Below, piece after piece: positions 31,206 through 40,259 of a stretch of 64,000 nt of DNA. Below the pieces are notes generated by a model. It did not search any database. It was not told the origin of the DNA and saw only the letters and a list, made by a program, of their open reading frames with translations. The stretch is from an uncultured Gemmatimonadales bacterium (GTDB taxonomy: Bacteria; Gemmatimonadota; Gemmatimonadetes; Gemmatimonadales; Gemmatimonadaceae): positions 1,152,001-1,216,000 of the forward strand of contig CAVPQB010000004.1 of assembly GCA_963707505.1 (NCBI GenBank), in the 5' to 3' direction. Every line of letters starts with the position of its first letter. The stretch's first letter is position 1. A program made the translations under genes and the position numbers.

Positions 31206-31646
31206 ATGAAGACTTTCTCCTCCACCCCGACTGATATCGTCCACGATTGGTACATCGTGGATGCGGAAGGCATGGTGCTCGGACGACTGGCCACAGAAGT
31301 GGCTCGCGTCATCCGCGGCAAGCACAAGCCTACGTTTACCCCCCATATGGACGGGGGCGACCATGTAATCGTGATCAACGCCTCGAAGGTCAAGGTCACG
31401 GGTCGCAAGGCGGAGCAGAAGCGTTACTTCCGCCACACCGGCTACATGGGCCACGAGCGTTTCACGACGTTCGAGGACATGCTTGGCAAGCATCCGGAGC
31501 GCGTCATCGAGCACGCGGTCAATGGAATGCTTCCCAAGACGGCGCTCGCACGCACGCACATGCGCACCAAGCTGCGCGTTTACCCGGGTGCCAATCACCC
31601 GCACAAGGCTCAGCAGCCCAAGCCGCTCACCATCACCACCAAGTAA
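31206..31646 (+). CDS. rplM: 50S ribosomal protein L13
   Basis: WYIVDA..LGRLA..GKHKPTFTPH..GDHVIVINA. Confidence 0.97.
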   Translation: MKTFSSTPTDIVHDWYIVDAEGMVLGRLATEVARVIRGKHKPTFTPHMDGGDHVIVINASKVKVTGRKAEQKRYFRHTGYMGHERFTTFEDMLGKHPERVIEHAVNGMLPKTALARTHMRTKLRVYPGANHPHKAQQPKPLTITTK

Positions 31647-31648
31647 GC

Positions 31649-32044
31649 ATGCCTGTCGACGGAACAACGCACACGATCGGTCGCCGCAAGGAAGCGGTCT
31701 GCCGCGTCTACATCAAGGCCGGCTCGGGCAAGTGGCTCGTGAACGGCCGCACGCTCGGCGATTACTTCCCGCGTCCTGCACACGTCTCCACCATCCAGCA
31801 GCCGTTCACAGCGACCGACATGCTCGGCCGCTATGACGTGACCGCCAACATCGACGGTGGCGGACTGTCGGGTCAGGCAGGCGCACTGCGTCTCGCGATC
31901 GCTCGCGCGCTCGTGAAGGAAGACGAGACGCTCAAGCCAAAGCTGCGCAGTCTCGGCTTCCTGACTCGCGACGCACGCGTGGTCGAGCGCAAGAAGCCAG
32001 GCCGTCCGAAGGCCCGTAAGCGGTTCCAGTTCTCCAAACGTTAA
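31649..32044 (+). CDS. rpsI: 30S ribosomal protein S9
   Basis: GRRKEA, GGGLSGQAGA, LTRDARVVERKK..QFSKR. Confidence 0.97.
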   Translation: MPVDGTTHTIGRRKEAVCRVYIKAGSGKWLVNGRTLGDYFPRPAHVSTIQQPFTATDMLGRYDVTANIDGGGLSGQAGALRLAIARALVKEDETLKPKLRSLGFLTRDARVVERKKPGRPKARKRFQFSKR

Positions 32045-32049
32045 AACCC

Positions 32050-32214
32050 GTAGGGGCCGGCCTCCGTGCCGACCCCGGCGGCGCACGTTTTTTGTGGCGG
32101 CAGTGGCAGGGGCGACGCATGCGTCGCCCAGGCAGCAGCAAGGCGAAGTAGCAAGGCGCAGCAGCAAGGCGAAGCAGCAAGGCGAAGTATGGGCGACGCA
32201 TGCGTCGCCCATAC
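32050..32214. repeat. Cluster of three REP-like palindromes, two of them flanking 4 x 13-bp tandem repeats
   Basis: GTAGGGGCCGGC..GCCGACCCC (32050-32076); GGGCGACGCATGCGTCGCCC at 32110-32129 and 32191-32210; GCAGCAAGGCGAA x4 at 32135-32186. Confidence 0.9.
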
Positions 32215-32218
32215 AGCT

Positions 32219-32300
32219 ACACAACAAGCATCCTCCCCGAGTTTCGACGGGTGCCGGCTTCGGTCGGTCGTCGCGACGCTGAAGGGCGGAGACGACACCA
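32219..32300 (+). ncRNA. Putative rpsB leader (S2 autoregulatory, t44-like) RNA
   Basis: ACAC-type 5' end, CGACGGGTGCCGGC-TTCG-GTCGGTCGTCG stem with GGGTG internal loop, directly upstream of rpsB. Confidence 0.55.
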
Positions 32301-32321
32301 ACCAACCAAGGATTTAGCAGA

Positions 32322-33260
32322 ATGTCCCAGCCCAACCTCGAGCAGCTGCTCGAAGCCGGCGTTCACTTCGGCCACCAGACGCGCCGTTGGAACCCGAAGA
32401 TGCGCAGATTCATATTCGCCGAGCGCAACGGCATCCATATCATTGATCTTCAGAAGACCCTGCGCCAGCTCGAATTGGCTCAGAAGCTGGTGCGTGAAGT
32501 CGTCGCACGCGGCGACCAGGTCCTCTTCGTCTGCACCAAGCGCCAGCTCGTTCCGATCGTCAAGTCGGAAGCAGAGCGTTGCGGCGCGATGTTCGTGACC
32601 GAGCGCTGGCTCGGCGGTCTGCTCACCAACTTCCAGACCGCCAAGAAGCAGCTCCGCAAGCTCAAGGATCTCGACGCTGGAATCGAGGGCGGCGGTGACT
32701 TCGCGAACTACACGAAGAAAGAGCAGCTCATGATGACGCGCCAGCGCGACAAGCTCGCCAAGAATCTTTCCGGCATCAAGTCGATGACGCGTCTTCCGGG
32801 TCTCATGTACGTCATCGATTCCAAGAAGGAGCGCATCGCGGTCGCCGAAGCCAACAAGCTCGGTATCCCGATCGTGGCGCTCGTCGATACGAATGCCGAT
32901 CCGGATCTCATCACGGTTCCGGTCGCGAGCAACGACGACGCGATTCGCGCGGTCGAGCTCATGACCTCCGCGATTGCCGATGCAATCATCGACGCTCGTC
33001 GCGAGGCGCCAGTTCGTACGGAAGTCGAGGAGTCCGAGTCGTACACGTACAGCTCTGATCGCGGCGCCGAGCCCGAAGCGGGCGATGAGCGTCGCCGTCG
33101 CCGCCGGCCGCGTCGTCGTCGCGCCAATCAGGAAGCGATCGCTGCACGCCTCAAGGGTGTGCCGGGAGCGGAAGGCGAGGCCGCACAGTCGGATGCCGGT
33201 GGCGATAGCGGCGATGCGGGCGATGCAGGCGACAGTGGCGCGGAGCCGGCCGCGGAGTAA
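32322..33260 (+). CDS. rpsB: 30S ribosomal protein S2
   Basis: LLEAGVHFGHQTRRWNPKM, RWLGGLLTN, VDTNADP, NDDAIRA. Confidence 0.98.
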   Translation: MSQPNLEQLLEAGVHFGHQTRRWNPKMRRFIFAERNGIHIIDLQKTLRQLELAQKLVREVVARGDQVLFVCTKRQLVPIVKSEAERCGAMFVTERWLGGLLTNFQTAKKQLRKLKDLDAGIEGGGDFANYTKKEQLMMTRQRDKLAKNLSGIKSMTRLPGLMYVIDSKKERIAVAEANKLGIPIVALVDTNADPDLITVPVASNDDAIRAVELMTSAIADAIIDARREAPVRTEVEESESYTYSSDRGAEPEAGDERRRRRRPRRRRANQEAIAARLKGVPGAEGEAAQSDAGGDSGDAGDAGDSGAEPAAE

Positions 33261-33278
33261 CTGCGACCGACCAATCTT

Positions 33279-33314
33279 GAACGCCGCCGCGGATCACCAC
33301 GGCGGCGTTCGTTT
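33279..33314 (+). terminator. Hairpin/attenuator between rpsB and tsf
   Basis: GAACGCCGCCGCGG-ATCA-CCACGGCGGCGTTC followed by GTTT. Confidence 0.55.
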
Positions 33315-33349
33315 GACAGACACCGACAATAACCAACCGAAGGCCAACG

Positions 33350-33943
33350 ATGTATACAGCTAAAGACGTGCAGACCCTCCGCCAGCGCACCGGCGCGGGC
33401 ATGATGGAATGCAAGAAGGCGCTCGAAGAGATGAGCGGAGACATGGAAAAGGCGGTCGACCATCTTCGCAAGAAGGGAATTGCCAAGGCCGAGAAGCGCA
33501 CCGGCAAGCAGACCAGCGAGGGACTCATCTCCAGCTACATTCACCACAACGGCAAGGTCGGCGTGATGGTGGAGATCAATTGCGAGACCGACTTCGTAGC
33601 GCGTACGGACGACTTCAAGGAGCTTGGGCGCGAGATTGCCCTGCACATCGCCAGTGCGGCCCCGGTGGCGGTCGACAAGAGCGGCGTCTCGCAGGAGCTA
33701 GTGGACCGTGAACGCGCTATCTTCGAGGAGCAGGCAAGGGCGAGCGGCAAGCCGGACGCAATTATTCAGAAGATGGTCGAGGGCAAGGTCGAGTCGTACT
33801 ACAAGGAAGTTGCGCTGGTGTCGCAACCGTACGTACGCGAGCCGAAGAAGACCATCGGCGATCTGATCAAGGAAGCGTCGGCCAAGCTCGGAGAAAACAT
33901 TCAGGTTCGTCGTTTCACACGATACCAACTGGGCGAGGAGTAA
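33350..33943 (+). CDS. tsf: Elongation factor Ts (short form)
   Basis: LRQRTGAGMMECKKAL, EINCETDFVA; 197 aa. Confidence 0.96.
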   Translation: MYTAKDVQTLRQRTGAGMMECKKALEEMSGDMEKAVDHLRKKGIAKAEKRTGKQTSEGLISSYIHHNGKVGVMVEINCETDFVARTDDFKELGREIALHIASAAPVAVDKSGVSQELVDRERAIFEEQARASGKPDAIIQKMVEGKVESYYKEVALVSQPYVREPKKTIGDLIKEASAKLGENIQVRRFTRYQLGEE

Positions 33944-33949
33944 AGACGA

Positions 33950-34663
33950 TTGTCCGATCCCAAGCTGCGCCGCATTCTACTCAAGCTCTCCGGTGAAGCG
34001 CTCGCCGGTGACAAGGGCTTCGGTTTTGATTTTGATGTGATCTCGGGCTATGCCAACGAGATCAAGAATGTGGTCGACGCTGGGGTCGGCGTCGGTCTCG
34101 TCATCGGCGGCGGAAACATCGTTCGTGGTGCGCAGATCTCGCGCATGGGAATGGACCGTGTTGCCGCCGACTACATGGGAATGCTCGGCACCGTCGTCAA
34201 TTCGCTCGCGATGCAGGATGTGCTGGAGCGCATAGGGGTGGACACGCGCGTGATGACAGCGATTCGCATGGAGGAGATCGCCGAGCCGTACATCCGCCGT
34301 CGTGCGTTGCGTCACTTCGAGAAGGGACGCGCGGTGATTTTCGCTGCGGGCACGGGCAATCCTTATTTTTCGACCGATACGGCGGCCGCGCTCCGAGCGA
34401 TTCAGATGCGTGCCGACGTCATCATCAAGGCGACGAGCGTGGACGGCGTTTATTCTGCCGATCCCAAGCGCGATCCGCATGCGGTCCTGTACGAGACGAT
34501 TTCGTACAACGACGTCATGCAGCGCGAGCTGGGAGTCATGGACCAGACGGCCGTTACATTGTGCAAGGAAAACAGCCTGCCGCTCATCGTTCTGAACATC
34601 AACCATCCCGGAGCGGTCATGAAGGCCGTTCGCGGAGAACCAGTGGGGACGCGCGTATCATGA
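33950..34663 (+). CDS. pyrH: UMP kinase
   Basis: [37 protein letters not shown]. Confidence 0.96.
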   Translation: MSDPKLRRILLKLSGEALAGDKGFGFDFDVISGYANEIKNVVDAGVGVGLVIGGGNIVRGAQISRMGMDRVAADYMGMLGTVVNSLAMQDVLERIGVDTRVMTAIRMEEIAEPYIRRRALRHFEKGRAVIFAAGTGNPYFSTDTAAALRAIQMRADVIIKATSVDGVYSADPKRDPHAVLYETISYNDVMQRELGVMDQTAVTLCKENSLPLIVLNINHPGAVMKAVRGEPVGTRVS

Positions 34664-35214
34664 CGACGATTCCGCAGATTTCTAAGGATTCACGCACCGC
34701 GATGGACAAGGCGATCGAGAACTCGAAGCGCGAGTTCAGCTCGATCCGGTCCGGCAAGGCGTCACCGAACATGCTCGACAGCATCCGCGTCGACGTGTAC
34801 GGTCAGCAGATGCAGCTCAATCAGGTGGCAAGTGTCGCGTCACCTGATCCGCGATCACTTCTCGTCACGCCATACGACAAGGGTCAGCTCAAGGCGATCG
34901 AGAAGGCGATCCGTGAATCGGACCTCGGACTTGATCCGAGCACGCAGGGCGGTATCATCCGCGTTCCGCTTCCATCGATGAACGAGCAGCGTCGCAGGGA
35001 GCTCGTCAAGGTGGTGCACAAGCTCGCGGAAGACGGTCGCATCGGCATCCGTCACGCGCGCACCGACGGCCGCGAAAAGCTCAAGAAGCTGGACAAGGTG
35101 TCCGAGGACGAAGTGAAGGCGGCAGAGAAGGATCTCCAGAAGGCTCACGACGAGCACATGACACAGCTGGAGTCGCTGCTCAAGGCGAAAGAAGCGGAAA
35201 TCATGGAAGTCTGA
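34660..35214 (+). CDS. frr: Ribosome recycling factor
   Basis: [39 protein letters not shown]. Confidence 0.96.
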   Translation: MTTIPQISKDSRTAMDKAIENSKREFSSIRSGKASPNMLDSIRVDVYGQQMQLNQVASVASPDPRSLLVTPYDKGQLKAIEKAIRESDLGLDPSTQGGIIRVPLPSMNEQRRRELVKVVHKLAEDGRIGIRHARTDGREKLKKLDKVSEDEVKAAEKDLQKAHDEHMTQLESLLKAKEAEIMEV

Positions 35215-35222
35215 CGCAGGTC

Positions 35223-36077
35223 GTGTCAGAACTTTCCAGACGCATTCTCTTCGCGGTAGTCGCCGCGCCTGTCGGGATAGCCCTCGTCTATCTCGGCGGA
35301 CCATTCCTCGCCACCCTGCTCTCGGTCATAGCAGCGCTCGGCGCCTGGGAATTTTGCCGCATCGCGCGCGCCTCGGGTGCGCAGCCATTCGATGCCGCCG
35401 CGGTCGTCGGCGCGGCAGCAATCCCGTTGCTCGTTTACGGAGTGCAACTCCGGCTTCTCGCCCCGACGTGGACACACGCCGTCGTTGCGGGGCTCGTTGT
35501 GTTCGCTGCAACGATCTTCAGACGAGGGATCGGCGGACGGCCGCTGCTCGCCGCTGCGACGACGGTGTTCTGCGTCGCGTATCTCGGACTCGTTGCCTAC
35601 GTGTTCTACCTGCGCTACGATGATTACGTGATCGACGCGCGCGGCGGAACCGCGCTTGCAATGTTTCCGATTTTGGTGACCTGGGCGACCGACATTGGCG
35701 CTTACGCGTTCGGCCGATTGGTAGGCTCGCACAAGCTGATGCCGTCGGTGAGTCCGGGCAAGACGATCGAAGGATCATTCGGCGGATTGCTTCTCGCCGT
35801 CGTAGTCGCGTTGCTGTACGTCAGCTATGTGTTGCATCCCATGGCGCAGCTATCTCTGCGGCCTCTTGCAATCGTCCTGTTTGCGGTGTGCATAAGCGCG
35901 GTAGCGCAGGTCGGCGATCTTGCAGAGTCGCTGATAAAGCGCGAAGCCGGCATCAAGGATAGCTCCACACTGATACCGGGACACGGCGGCGTGCTCGATC
36001 GTTTCGACAGCCTGCTCTTCGTGCTTCCTGTTGCGGCGCTGCTGTTGCGCGCAATGCTCATTCCGGCGCCAGTGTGA
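35223..36077 (+). CDS. cdsA: Phosphatidate cytidylyltransferase
   Basis: SPGKTIEG, GDLAESLIKREAGIKDS..PGHGGVLDRFDS. Confidence 0.95.
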   Translation: MSELSRRILFAVVAAPVGIALVYLGGPFLATLLSVIAALGAWEFCRIARASGAQPFDAAAVVGAAAIPLLVYGVQLRLLAPTWTHAVVAGLVVFAATIFRRGIGGRPLLAAATTVFCVAYLGLVAYVFYLRYDDYVIDARGGTALAMFPILVTWATDIGAYAFGRLVGSHKLMPSVSPGKTIEGSFGGLLLAVVVALLYVSYVLHPMAQLSLRPLAIVLFAVCISAVAQVGDLAESLIKREAGIKDSSTLIPGHGGVLDRFDSLLFVLPVAALLLRAMLIPAPV

Positions 36078-37204
36078 GACAGCGCGGGATCGCGATACTC
36101 GGCTCGACTGGCTCGATAGGCACGGCCACGCTCAGAGTAATCGCACGGCACGCCGATCAGTTTCGCGTCGTTGCGCTTACCGCGTTCGCAAACGCCACGC
36201 TACTTCGCGAACAGGCGAAGTCGACTGATCCGCGGTATGTCGGGATAGTCACCCCCAGCATCGACGCGGAGCGCGGGTGGGCGACGGGCGCCGAATGCCT
36301 GGTCGAAGCAGCGACGCGTCCTGATGTGGACCTGGTCGTGAATGCAGTCGTCGGCGCAGCAGGACTGCAGGCGACGCTGGCTGCTCTGCGCGCGGGCAAG
36401 CGTGTGGCGCTTGCGAACAAGGAATCGCTCGTGATCGGCGGCGAGTTCATGCTTCGCGCGTGCAGAGACGAGGGCGGCGAGATCGTGCCGGTGGATAGCG
36501 AGCACAGCGCGATCATGCAGTGCATCGGCGCGCGGCCCGAGAGTGAGGTCAGTCGGCTCATTCTTACAGCGTCCGGGGGCCCGTTCCGCGAATGGGACGC
36601 TGAGCGCATCACCAAGGCAACTATTAGCGATGCGTTGAATCATCCGACCTGGACGATGGGGCGCAAGATCACCGTGGACAGTGCAACGCTCGCGAACAAG
36701 GCGCTGGAAGTGATCGAAGCCCATTATTTGTTCGACGTGCCGTACGACCGTATTGACGTTGTCGTTCATCCACAGAGCATCATCCATTCGTTCGTCGAAT
36801 TTGTGGATGGGAGCGTGCTCGCGCAGCTCGGCTTTCCGACGATGGAGCTGCCGATTCTGTACGCGCTGACGCATCCCGAGCGTGTCGCTGACGCGCCGGC
36901 GCGGCGGTTCGATCCTGCCGCCGCATCTCCCCTCACATTCGAGCCAGTCGATATCGGGCGGTTTCCGTCGCTCGCATTGGGAGTTCAGGCGGGATGTAGT
37001 GGTGGAGCGGCGCCAGCCGTATTCAATGGCGCCAACGAGCAGGCGGTTTGCCTCTTCCTGGCCGGTGCGATCGGATTCTCGGACATTCCGCGCGCGATCG
37101 AGTCAGCGCTTGCCTCCCTTGGCGGCCTGCCTGCCGACTCGATCGAGGACGTCACTGCCGCGGACAGCGCGGCAAGGATCCACGTCGTCGAGCTTTTCCG
37201 CTAG
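36074..37204 (+). CDS. dxr: 1-deoxy-D-xylulose 5-phosphate reductoisomerase
   Basis: LGSTGSIG, LANKESLV, PVDSEHSA, HPTWTMGRKITVDSAT. Confidence 0.96.
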   Translation: MRQRGIAILGSTGSIGTATLRVIARHADQFRVVALTAFANATLLREQAKSTDPRYVGIVTPSIDAERGWATGAECLVEAATRPDVDLVVNAVVGAAGLQATLAALRAGKRVALANKESLVIGGEFMLRACRDEGGEIVPVDSEHSAIMQCIGARPESEVSRLILTASGGPFREWDAERITKATISDALNHPTWTMGRKITVDSATLANKALEVIEAHYLFDVPYDRIDVVVHPQSIIHSFVEFVDGSVLAQLGFPTMELPILYALTHPERVADAPARRFDPAAASPLTFEPVDIGRFPSLALGVQAGCSGGAAPAVFNGANEQAVCLFLAGAIGFSDIPRAIESALASLGGLPADSIEDVTAADSAARIHVVELFR

Positions 37205-37307
37205 CATGGGCCGCCCCGGGGCTCTGGTCATGATGTATGTTTGGTGGAAGGCGGTTACTCTGCGCGGTGAGCTTCCGCGGCGTGACGAATACGGTGACGG
37301 GTGAAAC

Positions 37308-38513
37308 GTGCCTCTGACTGAAGACTGTCCGCTCGCAGAGATCCTTGCCGTGCGTCTCCGTGAGTCACGCGACGAGCTGACTGCGCGCTGGCTCGATCGT
37401 ATCGCTGCGCGCGTGTCCGTCGAGCCGGATCGAATCTTTCCATCCGCTGAGCTTCTGGATCACGTCCCGGTGCTGATCGACGGAATCGCTGGCTATGTCG
37501 CCGATTCCGCTGCCGTAGTCTCTGCCGACATGTCCGTTGTTGACAAGGCGCGAGAGCTTGGCGCTCTCCGTCATACGCAGGGCTTCGATCAGTACGAGAT
37601 TCTCAAGGAGTTCGAGATTCTTGGTGGAATCCTGCTTACGTTCGTTGGCGAGGTGGCCGGGCGCACCGAAGTGAAGTGCAGCAACGGCGAGCTCATGGCC
37701 TGTGCTCAGCGCGTCTTTCATGCGGTGTGCCTCATCCAGGAGGCGACGTCGACGCAATTTCTCCAGTTGGTTACCGACCGGGTTGCAGAGCGCGAAGAGC
37801 GGCTACGTGCATTCAATCGTGCGCTGACGCACGAATTTCGAAATCGCATCGGCGCGTGTCTTGGTGCGGGACAGATTCTGCAGATGCCCGATCTTGACCC
37901 GGACAAGCGCGGAGAACTCGCAGCGGTGATCGTCCGTAATGTCCGCGGCATGCAGGGAATACTCGATAATCTGCTCGAACTCACACGCGTCGGCGCGGAC
38001 GCACGCCAACACAGGCATGTGCGGCTGCCTGGCGCTGCAGCTGAAGTGGGCAGAGAGTTGCGCGAGATGGCGGCGGCGCAGGGGATAACGCTACGATTCG
38101 GCGATAATCTTCCGGACGTCGAAGTTGCCGCAGCGGCGATCGAGTTGTGTCTCACCAATCTCGTGTCGAACGCCATCAAGTACAGCGATCCGTCGGAGCC
38201 TCACCCATGGATCGAGGTGCGAGGAGCGCTCGAAACTGGGAGCGACGGCGATACTGAGGTCGTCGTCGAGGTTGCGGACAACGGACTTGGCGTGCCGGAG
38301 GCCGAGCGGGACCGGCTGTTCGAACGGTTCTATCGTGCGAGTCATGGTGAAAGGGAGATAGAAGGCACAGGGCTGGGGCTCGCCATCGTGCGGGAGACCG
38401 TGAAGTCGCTTGGCGGCCGCGTCTGGGCTCGTTTTCCCGGAAAAGGATCGGTGTTCGCCATCTCGCTTCCATTGCGTCGGGAGCAGGACGCGGGGGCTGT
38501 CGCCGACCAATGA
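37308..38513 (+). CDS. Soluble histidine kinase with RsbRD-N/globin-like N-terminal domain
   Basis: No TM; ARELGALRHTQGFD..EF N-terminal pattern; THEFRN H-box, NLVSNAIKY, DNGLG, GTGLGLAIV. Confidence 0.82.
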   Translation: MPLTEDCPLAEILAVRLRESRDELTARWLDRIAARVSVEPDRIFPSAELLDHVPVLIDGIAGYVADSAAVVSADMSVVDKARELGALRHTQGFDQYEILKEFEILGGILLTFVGEVAGRTEVKCSNGELMACAQRVFHAVCLIQEATSTQFLQLVTDRVAEREERLRAFNRALTHEFRNRIGACLGAGQILQMPDLDPDKRGELAAVIVRNVRGMQGILDNLLELTRVGADARQHRHVRLPGAAAEVGRELREMAAAQGITLRFGDNLPDVEVAAAAIELCLTNLVSNAIKYSDPSEPHPWIEVRGALETGSDGDTEVVVEVADNGLGVPEAERDRLFERFYRASHGEREIEGTGLGLAIVRETVKSLGGRVWARFPGKGSVFAISLPLRREQDAGAVADQ

Positions 38514-38615
38514 CCCGCGGCTAGCGGACGCTGACGTGGCGCTAAATTACAGCCGTACGGATCCCGCACATACGGACGGCCATCGGGGCTGACCGAATCC
38601 ATTTCATCCCCAGTC

Positions 38616-39770
38616 ATGCTAGTCTGGCTCGCACCTGTATTCGTCCTGGGAATCGTGGTTTTTGTCCACGAGTTCGGCCATTTTCTCGCCGCAAAGGCGT
38701 TCGGCGTCTATGCGCCGCGGTTCTCGATAGGCTTCGGCCCGGCGATCGCGAAGAAGCGTATCGGCGAGACCGAGTACCGCATCGGGATTCTCCCCATCGG
38801 CGGATACGTTCGGATGGCCTCACGATTGGATGAGACGAGCGCGGCGCTGGAAGGCGGCGGCGAGCTGGTCGCTGACCCCGACAATCTCGACCCCGATGAA
38901 ATGATCCCGTTCGGCTCCAAGCCGGTGCCCGAGGATCGCTGGTTCGAGTCCAAGTCGCTCGCCGCGAGGCTGATCATAATGCTGGCTGGCGTTACGATGA
39001 ACGTGATTCTGGGTTGGGCGATAAACGTTACACTCGTAAAGACTTATGAGCACGCCGCGACAAGTCGCTTGAGCCTCGTTGTGGCGGATAAACCGGCGTC
39101 CTTAGCGGGTTTTCAGAAGGGTGACAGCATAGTTGCGGTGAACGGTGCACCGATCGGCGGATGGGATGATTTCGTCGAGGTCATCAAGCGATCCAGCGGA
39201 ACGCCGGTAGCGGTGCAGGTGTTGCGCGGAACGAATCCGCTGACGTTGCACGTCACGCCGGTGTCCGATACCGTCACAGATCCGAGCAGCGGGACGGTGA
39301 GCCGCGAAGGACGCATCGGCGTCGCGGCGGGCCAGAGCGACCAGACGGTCGGTTTTGGACGGGCGCTGGTCGATGGCAGCAGGGCGACGCTCGACATGGG
39401 AACTCTGGTCTTTACGTCGCTCCGCCGAATCGCGACGCGCCAGACGTCGGTGACGGAGCTGGGTGGGCCGATTCTGATCGCGCAGTCGTCGGTTCAGGCG
39501 GCAAAGCAGGGGGGCTCCGTGCTGTTCTACCTGATCGCGCTGCTGAGTGTAAACCTGGCTGTGTTCAACCTGCTGCCAGTCCCGATTCTGGATGGCGGTC
39601 AGATCGTGGTTCAGGTGGTCGAGGCGGCTCGCGGGCAGCCCTTGAGCGATAGAGCGCGCGAGAACGTCGCGCGTGTGGGCCTTGCGCTCATTCTGGCGCT
39701 GTTCGTGATGGTGACCTTCAACGACATCAAGCGGCTGGTAGTCGGGGTCGTCGCGGGGCACGCGGGGTAA
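38616..39770 (+). CDS. rseP: RIP metalloprotease RseP
   Basis: HEFGH, FSIGFG, GGYVRM, PDZ domain, FNLLPVPILDGG. Confidence 0.94.
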   Translation: MLVWLAPVFVLGIVVFVHEFGHFLAAKAFGVYAPRFSIGFGPAIAKKRIGETEYRIGILPIGGYVRMASRLDETSAALEGGGELVADPDNLDPDEMIPFGSKPVPEDRWFESKSLAARLIIMLAGVTMNVILGWAINVTLVKTYEHAATSRLSLVVADKPASLAGFQKGDSIVAVNGAPIGGWDDFVEVIKRSSGTPVAVQVLRGTNPLTLHVTPVSDTVTDPSSGTVSREGRIGVAAGQSDQTVGFGRALVDGSRATLDMGTLVFTSLRRIATRQTSVTELGGPILIAQSSVQAAKQGGSVLFYLIALLSVNLAVFNLLPVPILDGGQIVVQVVEAARGQPLSDRARENVARVGLALILALFVMVTFNDIKRLVVGVVAGHAG

Positions 39771-39875
39771 GTATTCGAGGCCTACCGTCCGACCTCCGAA
39801 CAGCTTAGTTTTAAAGGCTTACCGCGAAATTAGAAGACCCGACGCGCAGATCGCGCGACACGCACACCCTGTTAC

Positions 39876-40136
39876 ATGGCTTTCGACAAGACTCCGACAA
39901 TCGAGAAATACCGCGCGAGCGAGACCGACACCGGTTCCTCACGCGTCCAGGTGGCCGTTCTGACCGACCGGATCAATTACCTGAACGAGCACTTCAAGAC
40001 CCACAAGAAGGATCACCACAGCCGTCGTGGGCTCCTGAAGATGGTTGGCCGGCGTCGCCGGCTTCTCGATTACATGAAGCGGACAGAAGTTGAGGGGTAT
40101 CGTCAGCTCATCGCCGAGCTCGGGCTCCGTTACTAA
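39876..40136 (+). CDS. rpsO: 30S ribosomal protein S15
   Basis: [26 protein letters not shown]. Confidence 0.97.
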   Translation: MAFDKTPTIEKYRASETDTGSSRVQVAVLTDRINYLNEHFKTHKKDHHSRRGLLKMVGRRRRLLDYMKRTEVEGYRQLIAELGLRY

Positions 40137-40153
40137 CACGAAAGTTGAACGGG

Positions 40154-40233
40154 AAAACGCGCGTCGTGAGGATGACACCGTAGTCATCCATCATGCGCGC
40201 GTTTCGTGCTTCCGACACCTGTGCGGGTGTGGA
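40154..40233 (+). promoter_or_regulatory. Structured rpsO-pnp intergenic leader (long bulged hairpin plus second hairpin)
   Basis: AAACGCGCG..TGAGGATGAC / GTCATCC..TCA..CGCGCGTTT; TCCGACACC / GGTGTGGA. Confidence 0.55.
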
Positions 40234-40259
40234 TTGAAAACAGAGAGAAAATCTGAGAG

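Noticed and set aside
32110..32214. Possible mini CRISPR array (identical palindromic repeats with a spacer)
   Set aside because: Only two copies, the 61-bp spacer is itself a tandem repeat, and there are no cas genes; a REP-like element fits better
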